Positions 22,992 through 35,479 are shown, numbered from the whole stretch's first letter. The stretch: 60,549 nucleotides of DNA, filler included, from Hydrolagus affinis (GCA_012026655.1; 5 parts of 5 records of this genome joined end to end with filler, not necessarily neighbours in it); one strand, 5' to 3'. Program-made: numbers and translations. Notes: a model not told the origin generated them from the letters alone.

Positions 22992-23427
22992 CTCTCTGCT
23001 GCACAGAAGTAAGTGGCGGTGTCCGTCACTCGCACGTCTCTGATTGTCAGTGTGCTGTTCTTCTCTTTTGTATCAGCCAAAGCACTTATCCTCTCCTCCA
23101 CCTTGATTTCTCTAGTTCCCTTCACCAGCAAATGGATGGAGCCATTTCCATACTGTTTGTACCACTGAAAGAATGGGCCGGTCAGAGTCGTGTTGCAATC
23201 GATAGATACATTTTCATTTTCATTCCATGTCAGTGCCTGAGGTCTCTGTGACACTTCTCTTTCAGCCAAGACACCTGGGGAATAGAAATGAACATCCTTG
23301 GAAAGAAATTCGGAAAATATCTGCAACGAAACTTGTCATTATTTAGTAGGATAACATGGATGTGTTTGTCCAAACTCACACTCTACTTACAGAAGAATGA
23401 AATCATGAAATGAATAGTAATACACAT
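22992..23427 (-). CDS. TRAV: TCR alpha V gene (leader 23391-23427, V exon 22992-23274)
   Basis: Leader MCITIHFMISFF with T|GTAAGT donor; acceptor CCCCAG; EVSQRPQAL..VSIDC..FQWYKQ..DTATYFCAAES, open; near-consensus RSS. Confidence 0.88.
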
Positions 23428-23835
23428 CGCTTGATAACTTGATTTGATTCTCAATCCTCGACGTTTCATGTCAGAATCTCCAGGTGAAATGCAAGTAGAC
23501 ACCAGCTAACTGCTGATTAACGTTTGTCGAGTGCCGCTAACTTTGTAGTTTATAACTATACTCTCGGTGACGCCTCCACTGACGTCTCATTTCCTGTATG
23601 TTTGCATTCATTCGCCAATCAACTACTAGCAGCCTTTGTTTAGTCCACAAAATAAGACGTTAATGCACTTTTCAATATAGTCTTGCAATCGCTTCGAATC
23701 ATTTGAATTACATAATATGCTGCTGCAACTCATGCAAGCAAATATAGCTATTATTGTTAGCAATATTATCATAGGATCTAACAGAATGTACTATCGGAAG
23801 AACAGTCCATATAGGCATTGATTTAGCTATAAAAG

Positions 23836-24006
23836 TCACTTCCTTGCTTAATTATGTCAAGTGGTGTGCCACAGGGATCGGTTTTGGGACCATTGCTCTT
23901 TGTAATCTACATCAATGATCTGGACTTGGGTGTAGGGAGTACAGTTTCCAAGTTTGCAGATGACACTAAGTTAGGGAGAATAGTAAATAGTGAGGAGGAT
24001 AGTAGC
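23836..24006 (+). mobile_element. CR1 LINE reverse-transcriptase fragment, cut by the linker
   Basis: [20 protein letters not shown]...KFADDTKLG. Confidence 0.92.
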
Positions 24007-24106
24007 NNNNNNNNNNNNNNNNNNNNNNNNNNNNNNNNNNNNNNNNNNNNTTAATTAATTAANNNNNNNNNNNNNNNNNNNNNNNNNNNNNNNNNNNNNN
24101 NNNNNN
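24007..24106. other. Artificial contig linker
   Basis: N44-TTAATTAATTAA-N44. Confidence 0.97.
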
Positions 24107-24657
24107 TGTCATCCAAAACTCTGCAGCCCGTGTACTATCCCGCACTCGCCTTCGCGACCACATAACCCCCGCCATCGCCCGTCTCCACTGGCTCCCCACC
24201 CTCCAGAGGATCGAGTTCAAGATCCTCGTCCTCACCTTCAAGGCCTTACACGGCCTTGCCCCACCCTACTTAACCGACTTGCTTTCCCCCTATAAGCCCA
24301 CCCGGACCCTCCGTTCAGCAGGTCTTGGCCTGCTCCAATCCCCCCGCCCGAACCGCCCCACCAATGGAGCCCGGGCGTTCAGTTTTTCTGCTCCCACCCT
24401 GTGGAATTCCATCCCCCAATCCCTCAGTCTTGTTTCTTCCCTTTCTTCTTTCAAGGCCGGTTTGAAGGCTTTCCTCTTCAACTGTGCCTTTTATTCCCCC
24501 CAAATTTTTCGACCTCCCCTACGTGTTTCACCCCTTCCCAAACACCCCCCTCCCAGCTCGGGTCACACTCCCCCTGTGCAGCGCCTTGGGAAGTCCTCCC
24601 GACGTGAAAGGTGCTTTATAAGTTTAAGTTGTTGTTCTTGTTGTTGTTGTTGTTTAT
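24107..24657 (+). mobile_element. L2 LINE 3' end
   Basis: HITPAIARLHWLPTLQRIEFKILVLTFKALHG...ARAFSFSAPTLWNS; GTT tail. Confidence 0.9.
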
Positions 24658-24842
24658 GGATGGTAAAGAGAAAGGCTGGGATTAGTTAGAGTTTAGCTCT
24701 CTTTACTGTTCTCGGCAAGACAGGAATATAATTGTTATTTTCATAATACGTTTACACCATTATGTTTAAAATGGGAAAAGACAGCTGTGGTGTCTTGTTG
24801 GTGTTTGTAGCTGAAGGTTTAAACAACAAAATTAATATTCAC

Positions 24843-25157
24843 AAATAATAATAATCCTTGCATTTGATATAGCACTTTTCACTTCTTCTAGACGTCTCAA
24901 AGCACATCACAGAATATACTGTAAAGTGGATTATCTGTGTATATATTTGTGGGCAAAATGCAGCCGCCAAGTGCGTACAGCAATGTCCCACAAACAGTCA
25001 TGAAATCAATAATGTATTACTGGGTTTTTTAAGGGATTCTTATTAGGCATGTGGAGAAGGAAACTTGCCCAGGATTTCACACTGACCTGCCTGGAAGTGA
25101 ACCCAGGTCTCTCACTTGTAAGGCGAGTGCTCTAACCACTGAGCTACAGGACTCCAT
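24843..25157 (-). mobile_element. tRNA/Deu-type SINE
   Basis: Near full-length reversed copy (AAT tail through CTAACCACTGAGCTACAGGA). Confidence 0.82.
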
Positions 25158-25653
25158 GATGGACGATGAGAACAGAAGAATAATTCAATGAAACAGGAAG
25201 AGCTGGACATTCTAACGACCTGACGCCTTTCCCATCCCCGTTGTCAGTTCCACAGTCACCCCCATATCACTGAATTAAAAATCTATCATAACCACCCTGA
25301 CATATTACTGAACTCCAATACTATAGTTCCCTTCCCCATATAGCACTGCACTGAGCTGCCTTTCATCAAAACGAACCAATTTTCATGTTTAATAAATGTA
25401 AACTCGGACTTTAATATTCCAAGTCGTGTCTGATATGAAGAGTCTACATAATTGGAAGTTGTCATTATTGCTGTTGAAAATTAAAATGAGATGCTGAACC
25501 ACAGACACAGGAGGGTGGAATCGCAGGCAATGTGTGAGTTCTGTCACCCGAGCTACACTGACAGTCTGACACTGCATTAAATAGCAAGCTCGCAAGAAAA
25601 CCAATCAATTTGTTGGCAGTTTGCAAAGAAGATACGTGAGGATATATTTGACC

Positions 25654-25725
25654 TCCCGTGTGGTCCAGCAGTTAGGATTCCTGGTTTTCACCCAGGCGGC
25701 CCGGGTTCAACTCCTGGTATGGGAA
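25654..25725 (+). tRNA. tRNA-Glu(TTC), probably a pseudogene
   Basis: TCCCGTGTGGTCCAGCAGTTAGGATTCCTGGTTTTCACCCAGGCGGCCCGGGTTCAACTCCTGGTATGGGAA; close to vertebrate Glu-TTC with several CpG-type changes; D-loop GG altered. Confidence 0.8.
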
Positions 25726-25999
25726 GACACATTTCCAGTGACTTGGGACGTGCTCCTGATGTCAATGGTGATATACAAGTGTAATTTTGTTGTGGTTGTG
25801 TCAGTTTGTGAACTCAGACTGTGGCCTCTGACTAATCAGCAGCATTTGCTCATTTGTCAGGCAATTGGAGTTGAAGATCAAGTTGAACTTTGATTAATGG
25901 GCAGGAAATCAAGAAAGATCCCTTCAGGTTCATATTGCCAATGTCAGTGTTGAAATGTCAGCTATTTGATGTACAAGTGGCTCGTTGGTCCAGAGATAT

Positions 26000-26430
26000 G
26001 ACTCTCACTTTCAGGATAGCCACACAGCAGGTCAGAGAGTTAGGCGCAGAGAAGGTCTTGAATGGCCCTGAATGTGAGGACTAGGATCTTGAATTGGATC
26101 CTCAAGAGATGGGGAGCCATTAGAGCCGGGCGAGGGTGGGAGTGATATGGTCGCAGAACTTGGTTTGGGAGAGAAAACAAGCTGCAGAGTTCTGGATATT
26201 CCACAGCTTGTGAAAGGAAGAGCCAGAATAGCCGATGAGTAGGGAGTTTTCAATATTCGACCCTTAGTGTGAGGAATGCATGGACAATGGTTTTAGCAAC
26301 CTGAGGTATGAGGCAGTGGCAGTGTCTGGCAGTGTTGCAGAGCTGGTGGAAGGCTGTATTGGTCATGGCTTTTGTGGAGGCAGGACAGATCAGGATCAAA
26401 CAAGGTACCCAGTTTCCTGACTGGCCTTGA
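26000..26430 (-). mobile_element. L2 LINE fragment
   Basis: Reverse strand shows LHWLP-like and ILFKI-like L2 ORF2 remnants. Confidence 0.55.
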
Positions 26431-26504
26431 GAGATGGAGCCTTCAATGCCAATCCTGCCAGCGTGTGAATTGCAGAGGCGCTGATGTGAGCCAATTGGGA
26501 AGAT

Positions 26505-26990
26505 ACAAAGAAGATTTACTAGGATGGTGCCAGGATTGAGGGACTTCAGCTATGAGGAGAGGCTAGATAGGCTAGGGTTATTCTCTCTGGAACAGAGAAG
26601 ATTGAGGGGAGACATAATAGAGGTTTATATGAACATGACGGGTTTCGACAGGGCAAATAGAGAAAAATTATTTGCACTCGTGGGCGAATCTGTGACTCGT
26701 GGTCACAGATTTAAAATAGTTTCAAGGCGAAGTAGAGGGGAGCTGAGGAGAATTTTTTTCACTCAGCGAGTTGTTCGAATCTGGAATGCATTGCCTGAAA
26801 AGTTGGTGGAGGCTGATTCGATAACAACTTTTAAAAGGGAATTAGATCTTTATTTAGAGAGAACAGGTCTATTAGGCTATGGGGAGCGGGCAGGCCAGTG
26901 GGATTGAATCGCTCTTTTCAAAGAGCCGGCACATACTAGATGGGCCGAATGGCCTCCTTTTGTGCAGTAAAATTCTATGAATCTATGAAT
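26505..26990 (+). mobile_element. CR1 LINE 3' end
   Basis: MVPGLRDFSYEERLDRLGLFSLEQRRLRGD...FFTQRVVRIWNALP; TTCTATGAATCTATG tail. Confidence 0.92.
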
Positions 26991-27138
26991 CTATATTGTA
27001 CTAGAGAAAGTTATCACTCATCCAGGAATTATGTCAGACAGGCAGGCAGTCAGGGCACTGTTAGTCCTGGAGTTGAGGGTGGAAACCATTTGAAAATTTA
27101 CCCCAAGACTGCGGGTGAAGTTACCAATGCGGAGCATG

Positions 27139-28960
27139 TATAACAACAACAACAACTTTGATTTACTGTAAATAGCGCCCTCCACACCGTATGGCATCTC
27201 AGAGCGCTTCACAACAATTGATCCCGTGCCCAAGCCATGGGCAAGGGTAAAAAAGGTGACTGAAGGTGTAGTCGGAAAGAAAGGTCTTTTGCCTAGCTCT
27301 GTACCTAGGAAGAGAGGGTGCAAGGCAGTGGGAGTGAGGAAGGGAGTTCCAGAGCTTTGGGGGCATAGTGGCTGAAGGCATGGCTGCCAATGGTGGAGCA
27401 GAGAATTTGAGGGTCAAGGTGGAGACCAGAACCAGAGGAGCAAAGGCAACAGGTGTTGCTTAGGGAGAGAGGAGATCAGAGAGGTAGGGAGTGCACAAGA
27501 GTGGAGCGATTTGAAGACATGAGTGACGATCTTGAAACCAATCCTCTCTGAGACAGGAAGCCAGTGAAGTCTGGCAAGGACTGGGGTAACAAGCGAGTGA
27601 AGTTTGGTGCCATTGAGAATGCAGGTGGTAGAGTTCTGAATGAGCTGGATTTTACGGATTATGTTGGAGGGAAGACCAGCGAGGAATGCATTTGCATAGT
27701 CCAGCCGAGAGGTGACAAAAGCAGAGACCAGAGTTTGAACGGCTTTTGGGGCAAGGTATCGGAGGTGTAAAAATGTGATGGTGATGATGGACCAGATATG
27801 TGGGAGGAAGGACAGTTGGGGTTGAAACTGAAGTCAAGGTTGAATGCCACTTCGGATAGTTTTAGGGGTAGGTCGCATAGGTGGATTTGGTGGGAGCCAA
27901 GTGATTGAAGGTGTTGATGAGAGTCAAAGAATATGGCTTCCATCTTGTCAACATTCAGCTGCAGGAAATTCATGCTCATAAAGCTCCTGATGTCTGACAG
28001 GCAGGCTGACAGAACATGGGGGGACTGGGGGTCGCAACATGAGGAGAAAAAATAGAATTGGGTTTCATCCACACACATGTTTAGGGTGAAGAGAAGGGGA
28101 CCAACGACAGAGCATTGAAGAACACTGCATGAGACAGTGTGGGAGCTGGAGGAAACGCTGTTGAGAGACACAAAGTGGAGACCATGTGAAAGGTAGGACA
28201 GGAACCAGTCAAGATCAAAATCTTGAAGGTTGAGGTTGGGAGGAAAGGTGGTAGAGCAGGATTGAGTATTCTACGATATCAAAGATGGCAGATAGGTAGA
28301 GGAGGACAAGGAGGCAGAGGGTGTGCTGGTCGAAATGTTCAGGATATAATTTGTGACCTTGACCAGAGCAGTTTCATTCCTGTGAGTTGCGTGGAAGCCC
28401 AATTGGCAGTGGGGCAAGGAGGTGGAGCTGGGAGGTAAGGAGTTGATTGGGGATGGGTTGCAGGGAGCAGTAGCTAGACTTCGTGGAGGATATGGTTGTG
28501 ATGACAGAGGATGGTGAGACTGGTTCGAAGGTGTGGAAGGAGGAATGGGTAGGAGTCAGAGAATAGGAGGGAGGTGGTGGGGGGTGGGTGGAACTTGGAA
28601 GGGCGTTGACAGCTGAGCGGATTCCATCAGTTTTGGACTTGCGTAAGCCCAGCATGTCCTCACAGTGGGGTTGGAAAAAAGGATCTGCGGGGCAAGGCGA
28701 GCATGGAGTAGGAGCCATTTTTTATGGAGAACAGGAGCCTGGGATTGGCTGTCACCGCCAGGATTATCATGGAGCAGAAGGAAGATTTGGCGGAGGCCAG
28801 AGTGACCGGTAGTTTTTGATGTGATCCAGCCAGATATGCAGGTGGACCATTGGTCCAGATTTGAACCAGGTGCTTTCAATGGCCCAGTGGCTTGAGCAAG
28901 CAGAGGTGGCTGGTGAACCAGGGTGAGGTTCTAGAATAGGAGACGGTGAGTGGGGCAAGA
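27139..28960 (-). mobile_element. L2 LINE, long decayed copy
   Basis: Reverse strand: GPLLFTL..DETQFY..CLSDIRSFMSMNFLQLNVDK and LWNSLP; AAC tail at 27139. Confidence 0.85.
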
Positions 28961-29347
28961 GCACCGACTATCGTGGAGAAAGCTATGACCAATTGCCACA
29001 ATCAAAAGGGATATTTCATGTTGATAGGAAAATAGATTGAGCGCAATAATCACCTTCATCATGTCACTGCTTTCAGTTTATTGGAATCTGTCGCCAATGA
29101 TTGAATACTTGAAAACGAATGGGAACTGACTCCACATCAAGTGCTTTAAAACTACATCAACAACAGAATTCAGTTCAGCAGTTGGATTCATGTTTTATAT
29201 TTCAGTTGTTCCCTGAAATGTTTGCAACAGTTTCTATCTGTTGATTTATTTTCATGGTGGTTGTATTTTTTTTCTGCTCTAACCTCTTCAATGTTGAAAG
29301 TGTGAGCGTGTGTATCAACACATTTTGTAAAATAAAAGATAATTAGA

Positions 29348-29420
29348 TGTTTCCACCAGGTTTCGAACCTGGGACATTTCGCGTGTGAGGCAAACGTGAT
29401 AACCACTTCACTGCTGAAAC
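29348..29420 (-). tRNA. tRNA-Val(CAC), probably a pseudogene
   Basis: Reverse complement GTTTCAGCAGTGAAGTGGTTATCACGTTTGCCTCACACGCGAAATGTCCCAGGTTCGAAACCTGGTGGAAACA; one acceptor-stem mismatch; B box intact. Confidence 0.8.
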
Positions 29421-30565
29421 TTCAGTGACTTGATTACTATCGAGAGATTAATACAAAATCAATGCTGCCTTTTGGATCCATGACAAATCTCAAATGCACG
29501 ATTGGGGTTTAACAGACTCTTGGAGGACATGGATTCAAATCCCACTGCTGGGAAATGTTATCCTACTAACTCCCAATTCGTGATAATGCACCGTAGACAC
29601 TGCCAACTTTACCAGTTCCACCAGGCACATTATCGAAATGACCCAAACTCCACCACCCACATACTCACCCTTACTAAACTGCCCTCTTCACACCAGTGCC
29701 AGCCACATCCACTTTTCCCCCATCACTGAACAGGTTCATTTCAAGATTCTCACCCTCGTTTTATAATCTCTTCTTAACCTATAATAATAAGGCTTGAATT
29801 TGATACAGCGCATTTCACGTCTTCCAGACGTTTCAACGCAAATCACAGAATATTCTGACAGTATGGGCGGAATGCTGCAGCCAACAACCGTGTTCCACAA
29901 ACAGTTGTGGATTGAAGTGACCAATTTATTATTGTATTTATTTGAAGGGATTATTTTCAGGTGTGTGGGGTAAAGCAACTTGTCCAAGGGGAGTATGGAA
30001 TACAAATATATTCACCTGGTAAACCATGTTCATTCCATTCCAAAAATATGAAATCACAAGTGTAGGCGGCATAGAATTCTCAAACTTCATACAAGCCTGA
30101 TAATGGGTTCCCAACCCTCGGCTGACAAACAGAACATTTCATTGTAGGTCATTTGCGATAATATTTTTCCTTTAAAACAATACTTGTTCTTCAATACTAG
30201 TTTATTGTGTGTTTAAAAGTGGGGGAGTGAAGTACGATAATGGCAGAGTGAGGTGTTGAACTCAAAAAACAACTGATTTTTATCACCGTAGGAGATAGTT
30301 CTGATCCTAGAAAAAGTGATTTAATGTTAATATTGGTCATTAAACTTGACTGGTTGGCACTTATTATTGTCACCCATGAAATATATTCATAATTCACCAA
30401 ACTGAACTAATTTGCATCTGACAGACGACATAACATGCAAATGCAAGTATTGTCATGTTTATTAGTGGTTAACTGCAAAGGAGGGGCAATATCAAATTCA
30501 CATTAATTGTGGACTGAGATTACGTTAAAAAAAGTTTTTAAATCAAACTGCAAAAGAATGCTGAT

Positions 30566-30637
30566 TGCCATGACCCAGATTCGAACCAAGCTTGCTGTGG
30601 CCACAACACATAGTACTAACCATGATACGATCACTGC
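30566..30637 (-). tRNA. tRNA-His(GTG), probably a pseudogene
   Basis: Reverse complement GCAGTGATCGTATCATGGTTAGTACTATGTGTTGTGGCCACAGCAAGCTTGGTTCGAATCTGGGTCATGGCA; weakened T and anticodon stems. Confidence 0.75.
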
Positions 30638-30789
30638 AGTTCGCTTGCCTCCATGTACACAGTAGTTACCAACAAACATAAGAAAAATTGCGATAATATT
30701 TTGATAATTATCAGTTTATTCCCTGTAGTTACGGATATATTCCAATACATCCTTACTCCTGCAATGCAGAATACTTTATATTTCAACAA

Positions 30790-32070
30790 CTAAAGGCAAA
30801 TCTTGCCTAAAGAATCTGATAGGATTTTCTGATGAGGTAACGGAATGGGTGGATGAGGGTACTGCAGTTGGTTTAGTTTATATGGACTCTCAAAAGGCAT
30901 TTGACAAAGTGCCACAGAAAGGATTATCAGACTTATAGATAGAGGACCGTGGCATTAAAGGGACAGTGGCAGCATAGATCCAGAACTGGCTGGGAGACAG
31001 AAAGCAGAGAGTTATGGTGAATGGCTGTTTTTCTGATTGGAGGGAAGTGTACAGTAGCGTCCCCCAGGGATCTGTGTTGGGACCACTGCTCTTTTAAGTT
31101 TGTACCAATGATCTGGACTTGGGTATAAGGAGTACCATTTCGAAATTTGCAGATTACACAAAGTTAGGAAAATTATTACATAGTGAGGAGGATAGTAGTC
31201 ATCTGCAAGAAGGTATAGACTGAATGGCAAAATGGGCAGACATGTGGCAGATGAAGTTTAATGTAGAGAAATGTGATGTGATGCATTTTGGGAGGAGAAT
31301 GAGGGGAGGTAATATAGGCTAGGTAGTACAATTTTAAAGGGTGTGAAAGAACAGAGAGATCTAGTGATTTGTGTGATTGATTCTTTGAATGTAGCATGAC
31401 ATGGAGCTAAGGCCATCAAAAAAGCATACGGGAAACTAGGCTTCACAAATAGGAGCATGGTGTACAAAAGTCAGGAAATTCTGACTAAACTCTATAAAAC
31501 TTTGGTTAGACCTCAGCTAGAGTACTGTGTACAATTCAGGTCACCACACTTTAGGAAGGATGTTAAGGCATTGGAAAGGGTGCAGAGGAGATTTACTGGG
31601 ATGGTACCACGAATGACGGTCTTCAGCTATGATGAAAGGCAAGAGAGGCTAGATTTAATATTATTGGAACCGAAAAGGTTCCAAGGAGACCTAATGGACG
31701 GTTATAAGGTCTTGAGGGGATTCGACAGAGTAGATAGGGAAAAAATGTTTCCACTGGTGGGCGTATCAGTGACTCGTGGTCACAAATTTAAAATATTTTC
31801 AAAAAGAAGCAGACGGGAGGTGAGGAGAAATGTTTTCACTCAGCGGGTTGTTTGAATCTGGAATGCATCACCTGAAAAGGTGGTGGAGGCCGATTCAATA
31901 ACAACTTTTAAAAAAGATGTAGACATTTATTTGGGGAGGACAGGTTTGCGAGGTTATGGGGAGAGAGCTGGGGAGTGCGATTCAATTGCTCTTTTTAAAG
32001 AGCTGGCACAGACTCAATGGGCCAAATGGCCTCCTTTTGTGCCATAAAAAACTCTATGATACTATGAACT
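30790..32070 (+). mobile_element. CR1 LINE ORF2 3' half, decayed
   Basis: [17 protein letters not shown]-like motif, LVRPQLEYCVQF..PHFRKDV..LERVQRRFT; CTATGA tail. Confidence 0.9.
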
Positions 32071-32219
32071 AGACAAACTAGCTTTTATTGCAAAATAAAT
32101 GAACACAACATTTAAAATCAATTACGATCCTATAGATACCATGGGAAACAACTGTGGATTCTGTGCACACAACACTCGCACACAATCTTTCAATGAAAGT
32201 GGAGCGGAATATAATAAAT

Positions 32220-32510
32220 TATAATAAACCTTGCACTGTTCACATGTGAAGGACATCCCAACTGCTTTTCGAATCTTCTGGGCATCTCAAAGCGTTTGAC
32301 AGAATATAATGTAAAGTGAATTGACTGTATATTTGTGGGTGAAATGCAACAGATAATTGTGCAAAAGCGATCCGCTAATTGACTCATAACTGGGTTCCTA
32401 CTGACTACTTGGTAAACACAGGCATGTTGAGTAAGGAAACTTGCCCAATATTTTAGCCAGCCTGGAATTCAACCCAGGTCTCTCACTTGTGTATCGAGCT
32501 ATCAGACTCC
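32220..32510 (-). mobile_element. tRNA/Deu-type SINE
   Basis: Reversed SINE body and partial head. Confidence 0.7.
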
Positions 32511-33009
32511 ACTAATTGATACTTGCCTGAATTTCTATCCTCACTTGAAACCTAAACCTCGCTTCGTTTGTTGTCCAGAGGGACACTCTAGTCCCTCTGG
32601 ACGCTAACACTTTCCAATCTCTCCCCCTCTAAAAAATAACCCGCTGTGTTGTTTTTGCCACCTAGGTGGATGGCTTCACGCATCATACTTCATCTGCCAC
32701 ATTCCTGCCCATTGACCTAACCTATCTCTATCGTGCTGCATTTTTTAATGTCATCCTTGGTGTTAACGTTTACTCCTAGTTTCGTGTCATCAGCAAATTT
32801 AGATATATTAAGCTAAGTTATGAAACATGGCAGCCAATTGCGTACTGCAGTGTCCCACAATTGGTTTGAAATGTCCAATTTATTATTGTTTTACGGGATT
32901 ATTACCAGGTGAGTGGAGTAAGAAAATTTTGATTGTCCAGTGCCTTGGAATATCCACCTGGCATTTCACGTTGGGAGCACATCTCAAGGCACTAGACAAT
33001 CAATGTTTC

Positions 33010-33300
33010 AGTCCCAAGCTGTGTACACACATATACATACATACAAACATTTATATCTACACATATATACATATATACAAGCAATCATATCTACACACAA
33101 ACACACGTTAAAAAACAACAACAACTTTGATGTATATAGCGCCCTGCACGCCGGACGGCGTCTCTGAACGCTTAAACATACAAACATATACATACATATG
33201 TATGTATGTACCTACCTAGCTGCCTACCTAACTACATAGATACACACGTACGTACACTCATAAATACACAACTAAACACATACACACACACACACACAAG
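33010..33300. repeat. TA/CA-rich low-complexity and microsatellite tract
   Basis: Degenerate (CATA)n and (CA)n runs interrupted by an L2 3' tail at about 33110-33175. Confidence 0.75.
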
Positions 33301-33408
33301 CATTTACATGCCGACCTGTGTTGATTTGTGTCACCATTTTACATCAGTTTATCTGTGTGTTTGACCAAATTGGAGAACCTGGAATGTAGCTTCGCTCTCG
33401 GTTTCCAG

Positions 33409-33711
33409 CTGTCCCTAGTCCTCCCAGTATTTATGCCCTGCTACCATCCTGTGGACCATCCATTTTTGGAAGCTCAGTGACTTTCGGGTGTCTGGCCACC
33501 AACTACATCCTCGAGCCGGCCACTTTCAGCTGGACATCAAATGGACGTCCCATCACTGACCAAGTCAATAATTATCCCTCAGTGCTCAACAAGAACGATC
33601 TCTACAGTCTGAGCAGCCAGATAACAATCACTGCATCTCAGATGGACAACAGCATCATCCATTGTAAGGGTAAAAGCAGCAGCTGGGAAGACATGGATAT
33701 CCCTCTGCCAG
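33409..33711 (+). pseudogene. IGHM: Isolated Ig heavy-chain CH1 exon (IgM-type)
   Basis: Acceptor TTTCCAG; VPSPPSIYALLPSC..SVTFGCLATNY..FSW..ITDQVNNYPSVLNK..YSLSSQITIT..IHCK fits cartilaginous-fish C-mu1 (recalled). The exon is open, but the available donor CCA|GTTTGG is phase 0 rather than phase 1, and no VH, JH or CH2 is seen on this contig. Confidence 0.78.
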
Positions 33712-34060
33712 TTTGGTTTTGTGTTCCAAGGTACAGAACAATTGGAGATGTCACTCCCACATCATTCAAAACACTCAACATTGAAGGAGAGGGTCTATCT
33801 AAGTGGGGTCTTTCCTGGAAAAACCAAAATGGACAAGTCAATGAGGCAGAACTGTCCACATCATGGCTGAGATAAATGACTGTTTCAATATTAATATCAA
33901 TTGTACACAACAAATATATGGCTGACAGTCAGGGCATTGAGCAGCAAGATGAGAACAAATGGGAGAAATGGGGTTAAAGTAATGGTGATCATGTTAAACA
34001 CTATCCAGGGGAGAGAGGTGTGATAACTTGGTTTGGGAATACACGCGCACAGCTTATTGT

Positions 34061-34367
34061 TTATTGTTCAGTGCTATATCTAGTTCTAAGTTTTTGGCAA
34101 CAGATGGCGATATATCGATCACAGGTAAAAACCACAGTTAGCCAGAGAGAAATATCTCTTGGGGCAGAATCTAGTATCACCAGCAGCAGCCACACACGAG
34201 TAATTGTGTGAACGGAAGTAGGAAGTAAATAGGAAGAACATGACTGGAAATCACCGATGTGATTCTGACCATCAGATCAGCCACTGACATAGATACCAGA
34301 TAGCGAGTGATGCATTTGTAGAAACCACATTTCCCTCGAGACAGGATCACAATGGACACTAGGTTAG
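34061..34367 (-). pseudogene. GPR139-like class A GPCR exon fragment (TM1-TM3), frameshifted with stops
   Basis: Acceptor TGTAG; ANLVSIVILSRGKCGFYKCITRYLVSMSVADLMV, then a frame change, then RDISLWLTVVFTCDRYIAICCQKLRTRYSTEQ*. The DRY motif is present; resembles the GPR139-like family expanded in cartilaginous fishes (recalled). Confidence 0.82.
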
Positions 34368-35082
34368 CTACAGGTGAGAGACAGTCAAGGAGAGAGAATC
34401 AATCAGTCATCCGCTTGTACAGTTTACATTGTGCTGTTGAATTGAACGCTGTGGAATTTCTGCTGGAGAAACAATCTCCTCCATCGACTCAAGCACCAAA
34501 ATTGTGGATTGAAAACAACAAAACAACAGCAAAATTAGACATGTATAGTGACATTCACGTCAGGACGGTGTCCCAAGTTGCTGAAATAAAAGTGAATTTA
34601 CTGTATATTTGTGGGCAAAATACAGCAGCCAGTTGCACACAGTAGTGTCTCACAAATAGTCGTGAATTGAAATGGCCAATTTTTATTATTTTTTTGAGGG
34701 AATATAATTAAGCATTTGGAGTAAGGAAAAGTGCCCAGTATAAGGTGAATTCCACATAGACAAGTAGGAATGTGAAACTGTACAGGAATTAAATGATTAT
34801 AGGTTATAATTTTAGAAATGATGATTAAAATGGGGGAGAACATTCCATAATTGAAGCAATTCTGCAGGAGAAATTCCAACATTCGGTAATGATACCAAAA
34901 ATCTTAGCATTTTTGGAAATAAACTGTCAATAGAAGTCAGAGGCAAGACTCATCAATGACGAGATAAAAGTCAAAGATTAATTCAAATTTATGTTGCGGG
35001 AATTTACATGGCTTGTGTACTTACAACTATGTCTTTCAGTTCTCCATTTAAAAGTCTCTGCTGAAACGACGCCCATTCACAA

Positions 35083-35182
35083 NNNNNNNNNNNNNNNNNN
35101 NNNNNNNNNNNNNNNNNNNNNNNNNNTTAATTAATTAANNNNNNNNNNNNNNNNNNNNNNNNNNNNNNNNNNNNNNNNNNNN
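35083..35182. other. Artificial contig linker
   Basis: N44-TTAATTAATTAA-N44. Confidence 0.97.
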
Positions 35183-35479
35183 CATTAAATATTGTCATCT
35201 CCAAAGCATCTGTGTAAAAACAAGAGGCATTCCAAAACATTGATGACTATTGAGCATTTTAAATACCAGAATAGCAGGTTTGATTATCTGAGATTAGAAG
35301 CAGGTTAAAATTCATAGGTTGGGATGAGCTACTGCTTCAAGAATATTGTAGAAAGAGAATCTAGTCCTACCCATGCGTTTGTTGACAACACCAAGGGGTG
35401 AATGTTAAACAGCATGCTCGTGTGCATTTGCAATTAATGGACCCCTTGGGCAGAGCACTGGTGCACAGCTAGTGCCTAT

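Noticed and set aside
34020-34060. WFGNTRAQLIV as a possible J segment
   Set aside because: No FGxG motif, RSS or donor; it is the antisense of the GPCR remnant. No J or D segment was found anywhere in the window.
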